Counted from the first letter of the stretch, positions 24,349 through 36,156 are shown. The stretch: 64,000 nt of DNA from Mobula hypostoma (GCF_963921235.1 NC_086097.1:230208001-230272000), one strand, 5' to 3'. Notes: generated from the letters alone by a model not told the origin. Program-made: numbers and translations.

Positions 24349-25074
24349 ATCATATACTGCGTCCGGTGCTCCCGATGTGGCCTTTTATATATTGGTGAGA
24401 CCCGACGCAGACTGGGAGACCGCTTTGCTGAACATCTACGCTCTGTCCGCCAGAGAAAGCAGGATCTCCCAGTGGCCACACATTTTAATTCCACATCCCA
24501 TTCCCATTCTGACATGTCTATCCACGGCCTCCTCTACTGTAAAGATGAAGCCACACTCAGGTTGGAGGAACAACACCTTATATTCCGTCTGGGTAGCCTC
24601 CAACCTGATGGCATGAACATTGACTTCTCTAACTTCTGCTAAGGCCCCACCTCCCCCTCGTACCCCATCTGTTACTCATTTTTATGCACACATTCTTTCT
24701 CTCACTCTCCTTTTTCTCCCTCTGTCCCTCTGAATACACCTCTTGCCCATCCTCTGGGTCACCCCCCCCCAGTCTTTCTTCCCGGACCTCCTGTCCCATG
24801 ATCCTCTCGTATCCCCTTTTGCCTATCACCTGTCCAGCTCTCGGCTCTATCCCTCCCCCTCCTGTCTTCTCCTATCATTTTGCATCTCCCCCTCCCCCTC
24901 CAGCTTTCAAATCCCTTACTCACTCTTCCTTCAGTTAGTCCTGACGAAGGGTCTCGGCCTGAAACGTCGACTGCGCCTCTTCCTATAGATGCTGCTTGGC
25001 CTGCTGCGTTCACCAGCAACTTTGATGTATGTTGCTTGAATTTCCAGCATCTGCAGAATTCCTGTTGTTTGCGT
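24349..25074 (+). mobile_element. Penelope-like element 3' fragment: GIY-YIG endonuclease C-terminus plus 3' UTR/pLTR
   Basis: ORF 24328-24642: IYCVRCSRCGLLYIGETRRRLGDRFAEH...VATHFN...LEEQHLIFRLGSLQPDGMN. Near-TSD TTAAATTTCATC (24337-24348) / TTAAATTCATC (25075-25085). Confidence 0.9.
24936..24973 (+). ncRNA. Minimal type-I hammerhead ribozyme (Penelope-associated)
   Basis: UAGUC-CUGACGA-A-GGGU-CUCG-GCCU-GAAAC-GUC-GACUG. Core boxes CUGANGA and GAAA, stem I AGUC/GACU, palindromic loopless stem III (ACGU), predicted cleavage after C24968. Confidence 0.82.
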
Positions 25075-25429
25075 TTAAATTCATCTGTCATTTTTGAGCC
25101 CATTTCCCCAGCTGGTCGAGATCAAGCTGCAAGCTTTGATAGTCTTCTTTGCTGTCCACTACGCCCCAAACTTGATGTCATCTGCTAATTTGCTGATCTA
25201 GTTAACCACATTATCATCTTGATTATTTCCACATTGACATCAGCGTATATGATTACTGTAAGGCCTTCTGAACTTACCCCAATTCACTAAGGACCTAGGC
25301 CACATCCTGCAGCAGATCAGTTGTCTAACCACTGCCTACCTTCTTGGGAACTCATAATTATCAGCATATTTCTCCTTCTAAGATTTTGGCAGCGTTGTCG
25401 TCCTTGATCAAAGACTATTACAAAGTATT

Positions 25430-26420
25430 TGTGAAGCTAATCGTGGAGGGATTAACTACTGAATCAGTGTGGGTGGAAGTTAGAAACAGGAAGGGAGTAA
25501 TCACCTATTCGGGCTATTCCGTAGACACCCAATGGCAACAAAGTCATAGAGGAATAGATCAGGAGGCAGATTTTGGAAAGGTGCAAAAATAACAGGGTTG
25601 TGGTCATGGGTGACTTCAACTTCCTTAATGTTGCTTGGCACCTCCTTAGTGCGGAAGGTTTGGATGCAGCACAATTTGTTGGGTGGATCTGGGAATGATT
25701 CCTGATACAATATGTAAATAGGCTTGTGAGAGGAGAAGCCATACTAGACCTGGTGCTGGGCAATGCCCCAGTGGTGCTAGATCAGGTATCAGATCTCTTG
25801 GTGACCAGAACTCCCTGACCTTTACCATATCCTCAGCCAGGGAGAGGAATGTACTCAGGGAAATGTGGATTGATGAGCACTTGCATAGGCTTCTGGTTAG
25901 GCTTGCCCCATTGAGGCAGGGAAAGGATGGGAGGGTGAAGGAACCATGGTTGACAAGTGACGTAGAAGCAAGGATCAGGCAGAGCTCTCGAGGCAGCCAG
26001 GAAGAGCTGAAGAATGGACTTCGGAGAGCCAGAAGGGGGCATGAGAGTAGGATTAAGGAAAAGCCTGAGGCATTCTACACGTATGTGAAGAATAGGAGGA
26101 TGACTAAAGTGAGGGTAGGACAGATCAGGGATAGAAGGAGATACATGTCCTTGTGTCAGAAGAAGCAAGGGAGGTCATTAATGTAGATATTCACTAGTAA
26201 GAGGGACCTTGATGTTTGTCAGGGCAGCATTAAACAGGCTGGTGTGCTAAAACATGTCGACATCAAGAAAGAGGAAATGCTGGAACTTTTGAAAAACATT
26301 AGGATAAATCCTGGGGCTGGATGGGATACATCCCAGGTTATTATGAGAAGTAAGGGAAGATATTACTCCGCCTTTGGAAATGAATTTGGCATCCTCTGGC
26401 CATAGGAATAATTGCAGATG
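25430..26420 (+). mobile_element. Degenerate CR1 (endonuclease to RT-N region)
   Basis: TESVWVEVRNRKG, VVVMGDFNF, KEPWLT, LRRARRGHE motifs. Confidence 0.8.
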
Positions 26421-26439
26421 ATTAGACACTGGAAAATGT

Positions 26440-27355
26440 TATTGGAAAATTAAAATCCCCGACCACCACAACTTTATGTTTCGTGCAATTGCCTGCTACC
26501 TCTCTGCAGATTTGCTCCTCCAATTCTCGCTGACTATTGGGTGGTCTATAATACAACCCCACCAATGTGGCCATACCTTTCCTGTTTCTCAGCTCCACCC
26601 ATAAAGACTCAGTAGACAAGCCCTCTAATCTGCCCTGTCTGAGCACTGCTGTAACATTTTCCCTGACAAGCAATGCTACCCCCCCGCCCCCGCCACCTTT
26701 CATTCCTCTGCCTCCATCACATCTGAAACATCGGAACCCTGGAATATTAAGCTGCCAGTTCTGCCCCTCCTGTAGCCAAGTTTCACTAATTGCTATAATG
26801 TCATAATTCCACGTGTCAATCCACGCCCTCAACTCGTCTGCCTTCCCCGCAATACTCCTAGCATTGAAATATATACACCTCAGAAGGTTTTTACCACCAC
26901 TCACAACCTTTCTATTTGCGGCTTTGCTTGAACTTTTAACATCATTTATTTTCACCCCAGCCCCACTGTCAGCTCTGGCACTCTGGTTCCCATCCCCCTG
27001 CAAATCTAGTTTAAAGCCTCCCCAGTAGCACTAACAAACCTCCCTGAAAGGATATTGATACCCTTGTAGTTCAAGTGTAACCCGTCTCTCTTGTACAGAT
27101 CCCACCTGCCCCAGAAGAGGTCCCAATAATCCTGAAATCTGAAACCCTGCCCCCTACACCAGTTCCTCAGCTACTTGTTCATCCTCCAGAGCATCCTATT
27201 CCTACCCTCACTGGCACGTAGCACAGGTAGCAAACCTGAGATTACCACCCTCGAGGTCCTGCTTTTCAACTTCCTACCAAGCTCTCTATACTCACTCTCC
27301 AGGACTTCCTCACTCTTCCTTGCTATGTCATTGGTACCGATGTGCACCACGACAT
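26440..27355 (-). mobile_element. CR1 5' portion (end of esterase-type ORF1 plus APE endonuclease)
   Basis: ORF 26422-27003: CIYFNARSI, IAISETWL, GGGVALLV, YYRPP, VGDFNF. The upstream RVVISGLLPV...WCRGQGF stretch is typical of CR1 ORF1. Confidence 0.85.
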
Positions 27356-27371
27356 GCAGAATTCCCTAAAG

Positions 27372-27450
27372 TAGGGGTTCCCAACCTTGTTTATGCCATG
27401 AATGGATAGCATTAAGCAAGGATCCATGGACTCCTGGTTGGGAACCCCTG
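27372..27450. mobile_element. 79-bp hAT (Charlie-like) MITE
   Basis: 15-bp TIRs TAGGGGTTCCCAACC / GGTTGGGAACCCCTG and a perfect 8-bp TSD CCCTAAAG (27364-27371, 27451-27458) inside a CR1. Confidence 0.9.
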
Positions 27451-27458
27451 CCCTAAAG

Positions 27459-27950
27459 GTCAACATGCAAGCTGAGTTGTTAGTGAGGAAGGCAAATGCA
27501 ATGTTAGCAATCATTTCGAGAGGACTAGAATATAAAAGCAAGGACTTAATGCCAAGGCTTTATAAGACGTTGATCAGACAGCCCTTGGAGTACTGTGAAT
27601 AGTTTTGGGCCCCCTTTTTAAGAAAAGGTTATTCTGGGAATGAAAGGGTTAACGTTTGAGGAGCGTTTGAAGGCTCTGGGCTTGTACTCCCTAGAGTTTA
27701 GAAGAATGAGGGGGGATCTCATGGAAACCTATTGACTATTGAAAGGCTTAGATAGAGTAATGTGAAGAAGTTGCTTCCTATAGTGGTGGAGTCTAGGACC
27801 AGAATGCGCAGCCTCAGAATAGAAGGACATCCCTTTAGAACAGAAATAAAGAACTTCTATAGGTGGTGAATCTGTGGAATTCATTACCACAGATGGCTGA
27901 AGTCATTGGGTACATTTAAAACGGAGGATGACAGGTTCTTGATTAGTAAT
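27459..27950 (+). mobile_element. CR1 3' fragment (host of the hAT MITE; abuts the RTE tail)
   Basis: VRKANAMLAIISRGLEYKS and VVNLWNSLP motifs. Confidence 0.8.
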
Positions 27951-29487
27951 CACCATCATCATCATCAGGTGCCACGCCCAGTTTGAGCTTTGACTGCCAT
28001 GGCCCACACACTCCTGTTTCGGGTCAAGTGGATCAATTCATTGGTATTCATTTCCAGTTCTCTGGCTGCTGTCTCCATCATCATTTGTCTTTGTCTTCCT
28101 CTTGCTTTCTTCCCTTCAATCTATCCCATAATTACCGTGCATTCTAACTCCTCTTTCCTAATCACATGTCCAATCAAGTTACATTGCCTTTTCATGATCT
28201 CATACATTATTTCCCTTTTTGTGTTTGCTCTGTTCATGACATCCTCGTTAGATATTCGTTTCGTCCATGATGTTCTTTGCATCCTCCTCAAAAACTACAT
28301 CTCTGCTGCTTCAATTCATTTCCTCGTGTTACTAGATATTGTCCAACATTCTGAGGCATATAACGTAACTGGATAAACGTAGCATTTCAGTACCCTGAGG
28401 CGGGTTGTCATGCCTAGTTTAGTATTGGTCAGTATACTATTCATTCTCATAACGGTGTCTTTTGCCATCCCTATTCTTCTTTTGATGTCCATGTCACACC
28501 TGCCATCTGATGTCACCCAGCTTCCTAAGTAGCAAAAGTTCTGTACTTGTTTCATGTCTTTCCGGTTTATTCTCAGCCCGCATAAAGGATTCTCCTTTTT
28601 GGGTATCACCATACATTCTGTCTTTTTGCAATTGATAGATAGACCCAATTTTGCACTTTCTTCAACAATTATATCAATTAAGTTTTATAGTTCTTCCTCC
28701 ATACTTGCAATTAACACAGTGTCATCTGCATATCTGAAATTATTGATGTTTTCACCGCCAACTTTGATTCCCAAGATGTCTCTTATTTATTGTAATATTG
28801 TTTTATTGTACAAATTAAATAAATCAGGGGAGAAAATACACCCTTGTTTAATGCCTCTCTTGATTTTCATAAACTGACTCACTTCTCCATCTATTCTTCC
28901 AGTGGCAGTTTGTTCCCAGTACAGATTTCTGGTTAGGCGGAGGTCTTTTGACTCTAGATCTAGAGTTTTCTGTAATATTTCAAATAACTTATTGTGTTTC
29001 ACTTTATCAAATGCTTTTGTGTAGTTGATAAAACAAACAAACAAATCTTTTTGCACTTGAATAGCTCGTTCTGATAGTATCCTTGTACCTTTGTCTTTCA
29101 CGAAACCACATTGTTCTTTACCTATTTCAGCTTGTATCTTACTTTTAGCTCTTGTCATCAAAATTCTCAGAAGTATCTTGGTGATATGACTCATTAAACT
29201 TATGGTCCTATGTAATTCACATTCTATTGCTCCAGGTCTCTTAGGAAGAGGGATAAATACTGATTTTTTTTTCATCTCTTCTGGTATTATTCCAGTCTCA
29301 TAAATGTCATTGATTAAATCAGTAAGTTTTTCAATGCCATAATCTTCAAGGGTGATAACTTGTTCTATTACTAATTCATCAGGACCTGCTGCCTTTCCTT
29401 TCTTCATTTTATTTATTGCATTACGAACTTCAGATTTTAAAATACTTGGACCTTCAATGTTTTTCTTAATTTCTGGTTTTTCGCCTC

Positions 29488-29846
29488 ATAGAAACATAGA
29501 AACATAGAAAACAGGTGCAGGAGTAGGCCATTGGGCCCTTCGAGCCTGCATCGCCACTCAGTATGACCATGGCTGATCATCCAACTCAGAACCCTGTACC
29601 TGCCTTCTCTCCATACCCCCTGATCCCTTTAGCCGCAAGGGCCATATCTAACTCCCTCTAAAATATAGCCAATGAATTGGCCTCAGCTGTTTCCTGTGGC
29701 AGAGAATTCCACAGATTCGCCACTGTCTGTGTGAAGAAGTTTTTCCTAATCTCGGTCCTAAAAGGCTTCCCCTTTATCCTCAAACTGTGACTCCTCGTTC
29801 TGGACTTCCCCAACATCGGGAACAATCTTCCTGCATCTAATCGTCT
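29488..29846 (-). mobile_element. Young CR1 3' end nested in the RTE
   Basis: Same subfamily as 6301-7613. TSD GCCTC at 29483-29487 and 29847-29851. Confidence 0.9.
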
Positions 29847-30381
29847 GCCTCGATTGCCTTCAAACATTTCCTGAGTATACTCAGTCCATCTGTTTATAAT
29901 CTCATCTTTTTCCATAGTAATGGTACCATCCTTTGCTTTCAAACATCCACCTGAAGAACAGAGGAGCTTTTTACCAGTGATATTCTTGATTTGTTGATGT
30001 AACCTTTTTGGATCAGTAATAAGGATTCTTTCTATTTGCTCACATTCTTGGTTTAACCATTCTTCTTTGGCTTTTTGACATAAGCTTTTAACTTTTTTAT
30101 GTAAGGACTTATATTCTATAGGATTTGATTTCTTCTGTCATCCATTTATTCTTTGTACTTTTTTCTTTTTTAGGAATCACTAACTTTGATTCTACCAAGG
30201 CATCCTTTAGAGAGTTAAATTTCATTTCTACATGATTGCCATCATCTTCAACAGATTCTATTTCTAGACTGAAATCTACTCCTTACTTGAATTGTAAATT
30301 TTTGCCTTAAGTTTTCTTCTTTAATTAACTGCAAGTAGTCAAGATTTTTGCTTCTTTAGTTTTTTAAGTTTTACTTTTACA

Positions 30382-30655
30382 ATAGACAATAGGTGCAGGA
30401 GTAGGCCATTCGGCCCTTTGAGCCAGCACCGCCATTCACTGTGATCATGGCTGATCATCCACAATCAGTATCCATTTCCTGTCTTATCCCTATAACCTTT
30501 GATTCCGCTATCTTTAAGAGCTCTATCCATCTCTTTCTTTAAAGCATCCAGAGACTTGGCCTCCACTGCCTTCTGGGGCAGAGAATTCCACATATCCACC
30601 ACTCTCTGGGTGAAAAAGTTTTTCCTCAACTCCGTTCTAAATGGCCTACCCCTTA
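30382..30655 (-). mobile_element. CR1 3' end nested in the RTE
   Basis: KNFFTQRVV motif, (CTATTGT)n tail, TSD TTTACA at 30376-30381 and 30656-30661. Confidence 0.88.
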
Positions 30656-31769
30656 TTTACATGACATACTACTGGGTTATGGTCACTATTACAGTCTGCA
30701 CCTGGATATGTTTTGCATTGAGTCACCGAGTTTCTACATCTTTGGTTTATAGTAGTAAAGTCAATTTGAATTCTAGTGTTATCACCTGGACTTTTTCAGG
30801 TCTACAGGCATCTTGGATGGTTTTTAAAGTAGGTATTCATAATGGCCTGATTATTCATCTTGCACCATTCTACCCATTTCTCACCTCTTTCATTTCTTTC
30901 CCCTAGTCCAAATTTTCCTATGGTATTTCCATCAGCACCTTGTCCTACTTTAGCATTTAGATTTCCCATGACAATAATAATATCTTGAGATTTGCATCCA
31001 TTCTTTGCTTGTTCAAGCTCTTCATAGAATTTATCTATATCCTCATTTGTTCCACCTGTTGTTGATGCATATACCTGTACAATTGCTAAATCAAATAGTT
31101 GTCCTCTGAATCTAACAAGGAGCACTCTTTCTGATATTGCCCAATGTCCTAAAACACCTTTTTCCATGTTTTCATCCATAAGAATTCCTACTCCATTAGT
31201 ATGGGATTTTCCACAAGAATAAATTAGTGTTTTATTTCTATTTCTATCTCACAATCCACACAAACTAGCACACTGATCGCCACTCACAGCAGGCGTTTGC
31301 TCTTTCCTTTATCAGCTTTCATTCACACTACACAACAAGTTGATAGTGTAAAGCTTGTTAACATATCTGTCGGAGGGAGGTATTCAACAGCATTCTCCAT
31401 GATTCAGCTTTGGGATCACTACTGCTTTTAGAAACATAGAAAAACTACAGCACATTACAGGCCCTTCGGCCCACAGTGCTGTGCTGAACATGTACTTACT
31501 TCAGAAAATCCCTAGGGTTACCCATAGCCCTCTATTTTTCTAAGCTCCACGTACCTGTCCAGGGGTCTCTTAAAAGACCCCATCATATCTGCATAGCTTT
31601 AGTGAATTGAATTGGGTGCTTTCAGCAAAATGTTGATATTTTCTAATGATAATGGAAATGTGGCAAAAGGTAAGGAAGAAATTGATAGACTACAAGGCCA
31701 TTCAGGCAGGCTGGTGGACAGGCTGGGTATGTAACGGGGAACTTCAGTGCAGAAAAATGTAAGTACTTT

Positions 31770-32290
31770 TTAAAGTTCAAAATTCTAAGTACATACATAC
31801 TGTACATATCACCATATACAGCCCTAAGTTTCATTTTATTGTGGGCATACTCAACAAATCTACAGAATAATAACTATAACAGAATCAATGAACAACCACC
31901 CAGCTAGGGCGTTTAATCAGAGTGCAGAAGACAACAAACTGTGCAAATACAAAAAGAAGAAACAATAATAATAAATAAATAAACAATAAATATTGAGAAC
32001 ATGAGATGAAGAGTCCTTGAAAGTGAATCCATTGGTTGTGAGATTTCAAGTGAAGTTATCCACTTTGGTTTAAGAGGCTGATGGTTGAGGGGTGGTATCT
32101 GTTTGTGAATCTGGTGGTGTGAATCCTGAGGCTCTTGTACCTTCATCCTGTTCGGTAGTGAGAAGGGAGCATATCCTGGGTGGTGGGGATCCCTGATGAC
32201 GGACGCTGCTTTTCTGCGACAGAGTTTCATATAGATGTTCTCAGTGGTTGGGAGGGCTTTACCTGTAATAGACTGGGCTGTATCTACTAA
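31770..32290 (-). mobile_element. Rex1-like 3' fragment
   Basis: ORF 31913-32293 (AQSITGKALPT...RKAASVIRDPHHPG) and an ACTTTGA-type tail. Confidence 0.78.
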
Positions 32291-32828
32291 CAATGAGGAG
32301 AGGAGATAATAGCTGTGGAGAACTTATAGCCTCCTTTGTCACTAAGACTGTCCAGTCTATTGATAATGCTATTTTTCTTCCTTCCACTTCATTAGGGCAA
32401 ACTTTAAGGTTTCCTCAACTAATTTTTCAAATTCACCTCCATTTGCAAAAGCTTCTAATCAGCTCAACCTTTCTCCTCTATAACTATTATTTCTTCCCAC
32501 CCTGGCAACTCACTTTGTTGCTGCTTTAACCTCTGCTCCCTTCAGCCCAAGGGAAATGTTATTGAAATAGCATTCAATTAGTTTAGTCATTCACTATTGG
32601 ATTTGACTTGAGTACATGACACAGTATTGGAGAATGCTCTCATTTCATAATGGAATGCAGAAATAATCTTGACTAGGAAAACCATCTTCAGCATTTCCCC
32701 TGCCTCCTCCACACTCATCTCTATCAATGCTATAAGCTCAGTAATTTTTTTTTTGGGCCTTGGAGACTATCTACTCACCTGTGTCTGCAGTTATCTCCCT
32801 TTTCCAGATCACTCGGACAAACATCTAA

Positions 32829-33658
32829 GTACACAAGGAATTCAGCAGATGCTGGAAATCTAGAACAACACACACGAAATTCTGGAGGAACTCTGCAGGT
32901 CAGGCAGCAGCTCTGGAAATGAATGAACAGTCGACATTTTGGGCTGAGACCCTTCATTGGGACTGGGAAGGAAGGGGAAGGTACCAGAATAAAAAGGTGG
33001 GAGGAGGGGAAGGAGCACAAGTTCGAAGGTGATAGGTAGGTTTGAAAGGTAAAGGCTGGAAAAGAAGGGATCTAATTGGCAAGGAGAGTGGACCATAGAA
33101 GAAAGGGAAGTAGAAGGGGCTCCAGGGGGTGATAATAGGTAGGTGAGAAAAAGAGTTAAGAGGCCTGAATGCAAAATGGAAGAAGAGGGAGGGGGAAAAA
33201 AGAGAAAAACAAAATTACCAAAAGGATGTTCATGAGATCAGGTTGGAGGCTACCTAGACGGAATATGAGGTGTTGCTCCTCCACCCTGAGAGCGGCCTCA
33301 TTAAGGCAAAAGTGGAAGCCATGGAGCACCATGTCAGAATGGGAATGGGGAATAGGAATTAACATGGTTGGATGCTGGGAAACTTTGCTTTTGGTGGATG
33401 GAGCAGAGATGCTCAACAAAGTGGTTCCCCAGTTTACATTGGGTCTCACCAATGTAGAGGAAGCCTCATCGGGAGCACCAGATACAATAGACGACGCCTA
33501 CATATTCATAGGAGAAGTGTTGCCTCACCTGGAAGGACTGTTTGGGGCGCTGAACGGAGGTGAGGGAGGAGGTGAATAGACAGGTGTAGCATTTCTCTCA
33601 CTTGTAGTGATGTGCCAGAAGGGAGATTAGTGGGGAGAGATGAATGGACAAGGGAATC
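32829..33658 (-). mobile_element. Penelope-like 3' fragment with a decayed hammerhead (about 32928-32965)
   Basis: EEQHLIFRLGSLQPD motif. Minus strand reads AGTC-CCAATGA-AGGGTCTCAGCCC-AAAAT-GTC-GACT. Confidence 0.82.
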
Positions 33659-33659
33659 A

Positions 33660-34350
33660 ATTACCAGCCCATAACCTTCCACATTCAACACATCATTCTT
33701 CACAACTTCTGCCATCTTCAATGGGCTCCTACCACTGAGCACATCTTTACTCCCCCCCCCCCCACTCTCTACTTTCTATCCACAGGGATCACTCCCTTCC
33801 TGATTCCCCTGCCAAGCTCTTCCACTCCATCCGGCAAAAGTGGAATTTCCCAGCGGCTAACCATTTTAATTCCTATCCTCATTCCCATTCCAGCATGTCG
33901 GTGCACAGCCTCCTCTTCTGCCTTAATGAGGCCAGTCTCAGGATGGAGGAGCAACACCTCATATTCCGTCTAGGTAGCCTTTAACCTGATGGCATGAACA
34001 TCGATTTCTCCTTTGGATAATTTTTTTCTTTTCCCCTCCCCTTTCTCTCTTCTTCCATCCCCCACTCTGGCCTCTTGCCTCTTCTCTTCACTTGTCTGTC
34101 AACTCTTTGTGGTGTCTTCTTCTGCCCTTTCTCCCGTGGTCAACACCCCTCTCCTATTGGATTTCTTCTTCTCCAGCCCTTCACCTTTCCCACCCACCTG
34201 GCTTCACCAGTCACCTTCCAGCTTGTCGTCCTTCCCCTCCCCCCACCTTTTTATTCTGGTGCATTTCCCTTCCTTTCCGCTGACTGTATATTCATTTTCA
34301 TAGAAGCTACCCGACCTGCTGAGTCCCTCCAGAAGTTTGTGTGTGTACTT
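33660..34350 (+). mobile_element. Penelope-like fragment in opposite orientation, hammerhead segment missing
   Basis: GGAGCAACACCTCATATTCCGTCTAGGTAGCC and the same pyrimidine-rich 3' UTR and GCTGAGT...CCAG...GTGTGT tail. Confidence 0.78.
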
Positions 34351-34984
34351 CCAAACATCTAAGTCTTTCCAAGCTGTCTCTCTTCCCCCATTTCCTCCTG
34401 CTTGCCCACTCCAAGCTCAGCAGGTTCGTGAAATACAGTTCCTGCATTCTTTTATTAAATCCGCTTCTTTCTCCCCTAAATGGTTGCTTTAATGTTTTCT
34501 CTAAAGAGCTGTCCAATTTCTCTTCCAGTCTTCCAATGTTAGCCCCCCCCCCCAAAAATAAACTATTGCCACTTTGTCTCTCGCAAACCTCCAGGCTACC
34601 TCTCCAATGTCTACAGAGAAGCTAAGGCCTCCCAAATTGTTTCCTACCACTCTCAGAGCTTCTGTCAGGTTTTCAAATATGCAAATTAATACTTGTCAGG
34701 GTCACCATGACATCCTATATAATTGTGCCAAAGATAATCTGTTCTTCCTCATTTTTGTCAGTCTATTTGTGACCTGGCCACAGCACCTTCCTCCAATCCT
34801 TCTCCACTATTGCTCTGCTTGGTGGGCCACACTCAGTAAATTACTTTTTCTTCCATCCAATCAAAACCAGGGAATCACTTGCAATATCTTTTCTTCCTGC
34901 ATCATCATAACTTCCTCTCCCAATAATCTGTCCAGCTCCCCTCCTCTTCAGCGCCATGTGCTGCATCTCAGTAAGATCATCTAA

Positions 34985-35081
34985 ACATAGCATCACACAC
35001 AGAATGCTGGTGGAGCTCAGCAAGCTAGGCAGCATCTATGGAAAAAAGTTGACGTTTTGGGCTGAGACCCTTCATCAGGAC
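34985..35081 (-). mobile_element. Short Penelope 3'-terminal piece beginning at the hammerhead
   Basis: Minus strand GTC-CTGATGA-AGGGTCTCAGCCC-AAAAC-GTC-AAC, then ATAGATGCTGCCT...GCTGAGCTCCACCAGCATT. Confidence 0.8.
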
Positions 35082-35312
35082 CTCCAAGTTACCAGATTGC
35101 TAATCTGTCGTATGGTGCTGTGTGTGCAGTAATCCCTCTCCTGTCCCCTCCCCAATTTAACCATGTGAAGCTCCGCTGCAGCCTTTGGAGAATCCCTTGG
35201 CATTGATCTATGTGCTGTACTCCTAAAATGGTTTTCAGGCATGATATCAAATTTGACTTCCAGATGAGTTTCAGACCACCTATCCACATTGAGGAGTGGC
35301 CTTATAAAGGTT

Positions 35313-36156
35313 TGTTAAAATACGGGGGTCACGGACAGTATATGTACTGCCCGGGTTCATATTTTTTACTGTTCTGTGCAAGCTGCTTGTTTGGGTTACT
35401 GCTGAAGATGAGACATAGGAGAATTGTGTGCATCCAATTAGAATGGCCGGATCAAGGGGAGGTTTCTCTGGAGAGGGACACTAAGGTAGGGCGTGGGGCT
35501 TTTGAAGCCACTGGAGAGAAGAGGTCGTAGGATTTGACCCGGTACAAGGCTGTGATTTGACGAAGCCTGTGGTGAGATCGAAGGAGGATCAGTGACGGGG
35601 AAACTGTGAGCTCCACACTGTGCACATTAGACTGTTTCATTAAAATGGGTCCTTTTCTTTTTCTTGTTCTTTCTTAACTAATTATAAATCTAAATCTTTT
35701 AATTGTATGCAGTGTGCTGTCTGTTATTAGAACATAGAAACATAGAAAACCTACAGCACAATACAGGCCCTTCGGCCCACAAAGTTGTGCCGAACATGTC
35801 CCTACCTTAGAAATTACTAGGCTTACCTATAGCCCTCTATTTTTCTATGCTCCACGTACCTATCCAAAAGTCTCTTAAAAGACCCTATCGTATCCGCCTC
35901 CACCACCATTGCTGGCAGCCCATTCCACGCACTCACCACTCTCTGAGTAAAAAACTTACCCCTGACATCTGCTCTGTGCCCACTCCCCAGCACCTTAAAC
36001 CTGTGTCCTTCATATTAAAGTATATTTCATAATACTTATTTGTAACAGGGTAATGAATCACACATCATCCACACAAATGGGGTTCAATCTCACACGTTTG
36101 GCGGAGATTATTTTCCCTAGACTTCCGCAGCGGACAGAACCAGAGTGTTTCATACA
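35313..36156 (+). mobile_element. Probable solo LTR, interrupted by a minus-strand CR1 3' end (about 35728-36010)
   Basis: TGTTAAAATAC...GTGTTTCATACA ends, internal CCAAT and poly(A)-like signals, no coding capacity. TSD not seen. Confidence 0.4.

Larger units (their letters stand above)
23490..25230 (-). mobile_element. Old CR1 (host of the Penelope fragment)
   Basis: VRPKLEYCVQFWSP (ORF 23901-24116) and KFNAGKCEVLHFGR. Host sequence resumes after 25074. Confidence 0.8.
27951..31246 (-). mobile_element. RTE-clade LINE, 5'-truncated inside the endonuclease, disrupted
   Basis: Endonuclease ORF 30802-31179 (SERVLLVRF, IVQVYAST, IVMGNLNAKVG). RT ORFs 28787-29407 and 28316-28648 (KAAGPD, RTISLMSHITKI, GIKQGC, YADD, FCYLGS). 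(TGA)n 3' tail at about 27951-27967. Confidence 0.9.

Noticed and set aside
24328..24642. Stand-alone GIY-YIG homing endonuclease gene
   Set aside because: Truncated Penelope C-terminus; the start codon comes from the flanking CR1.
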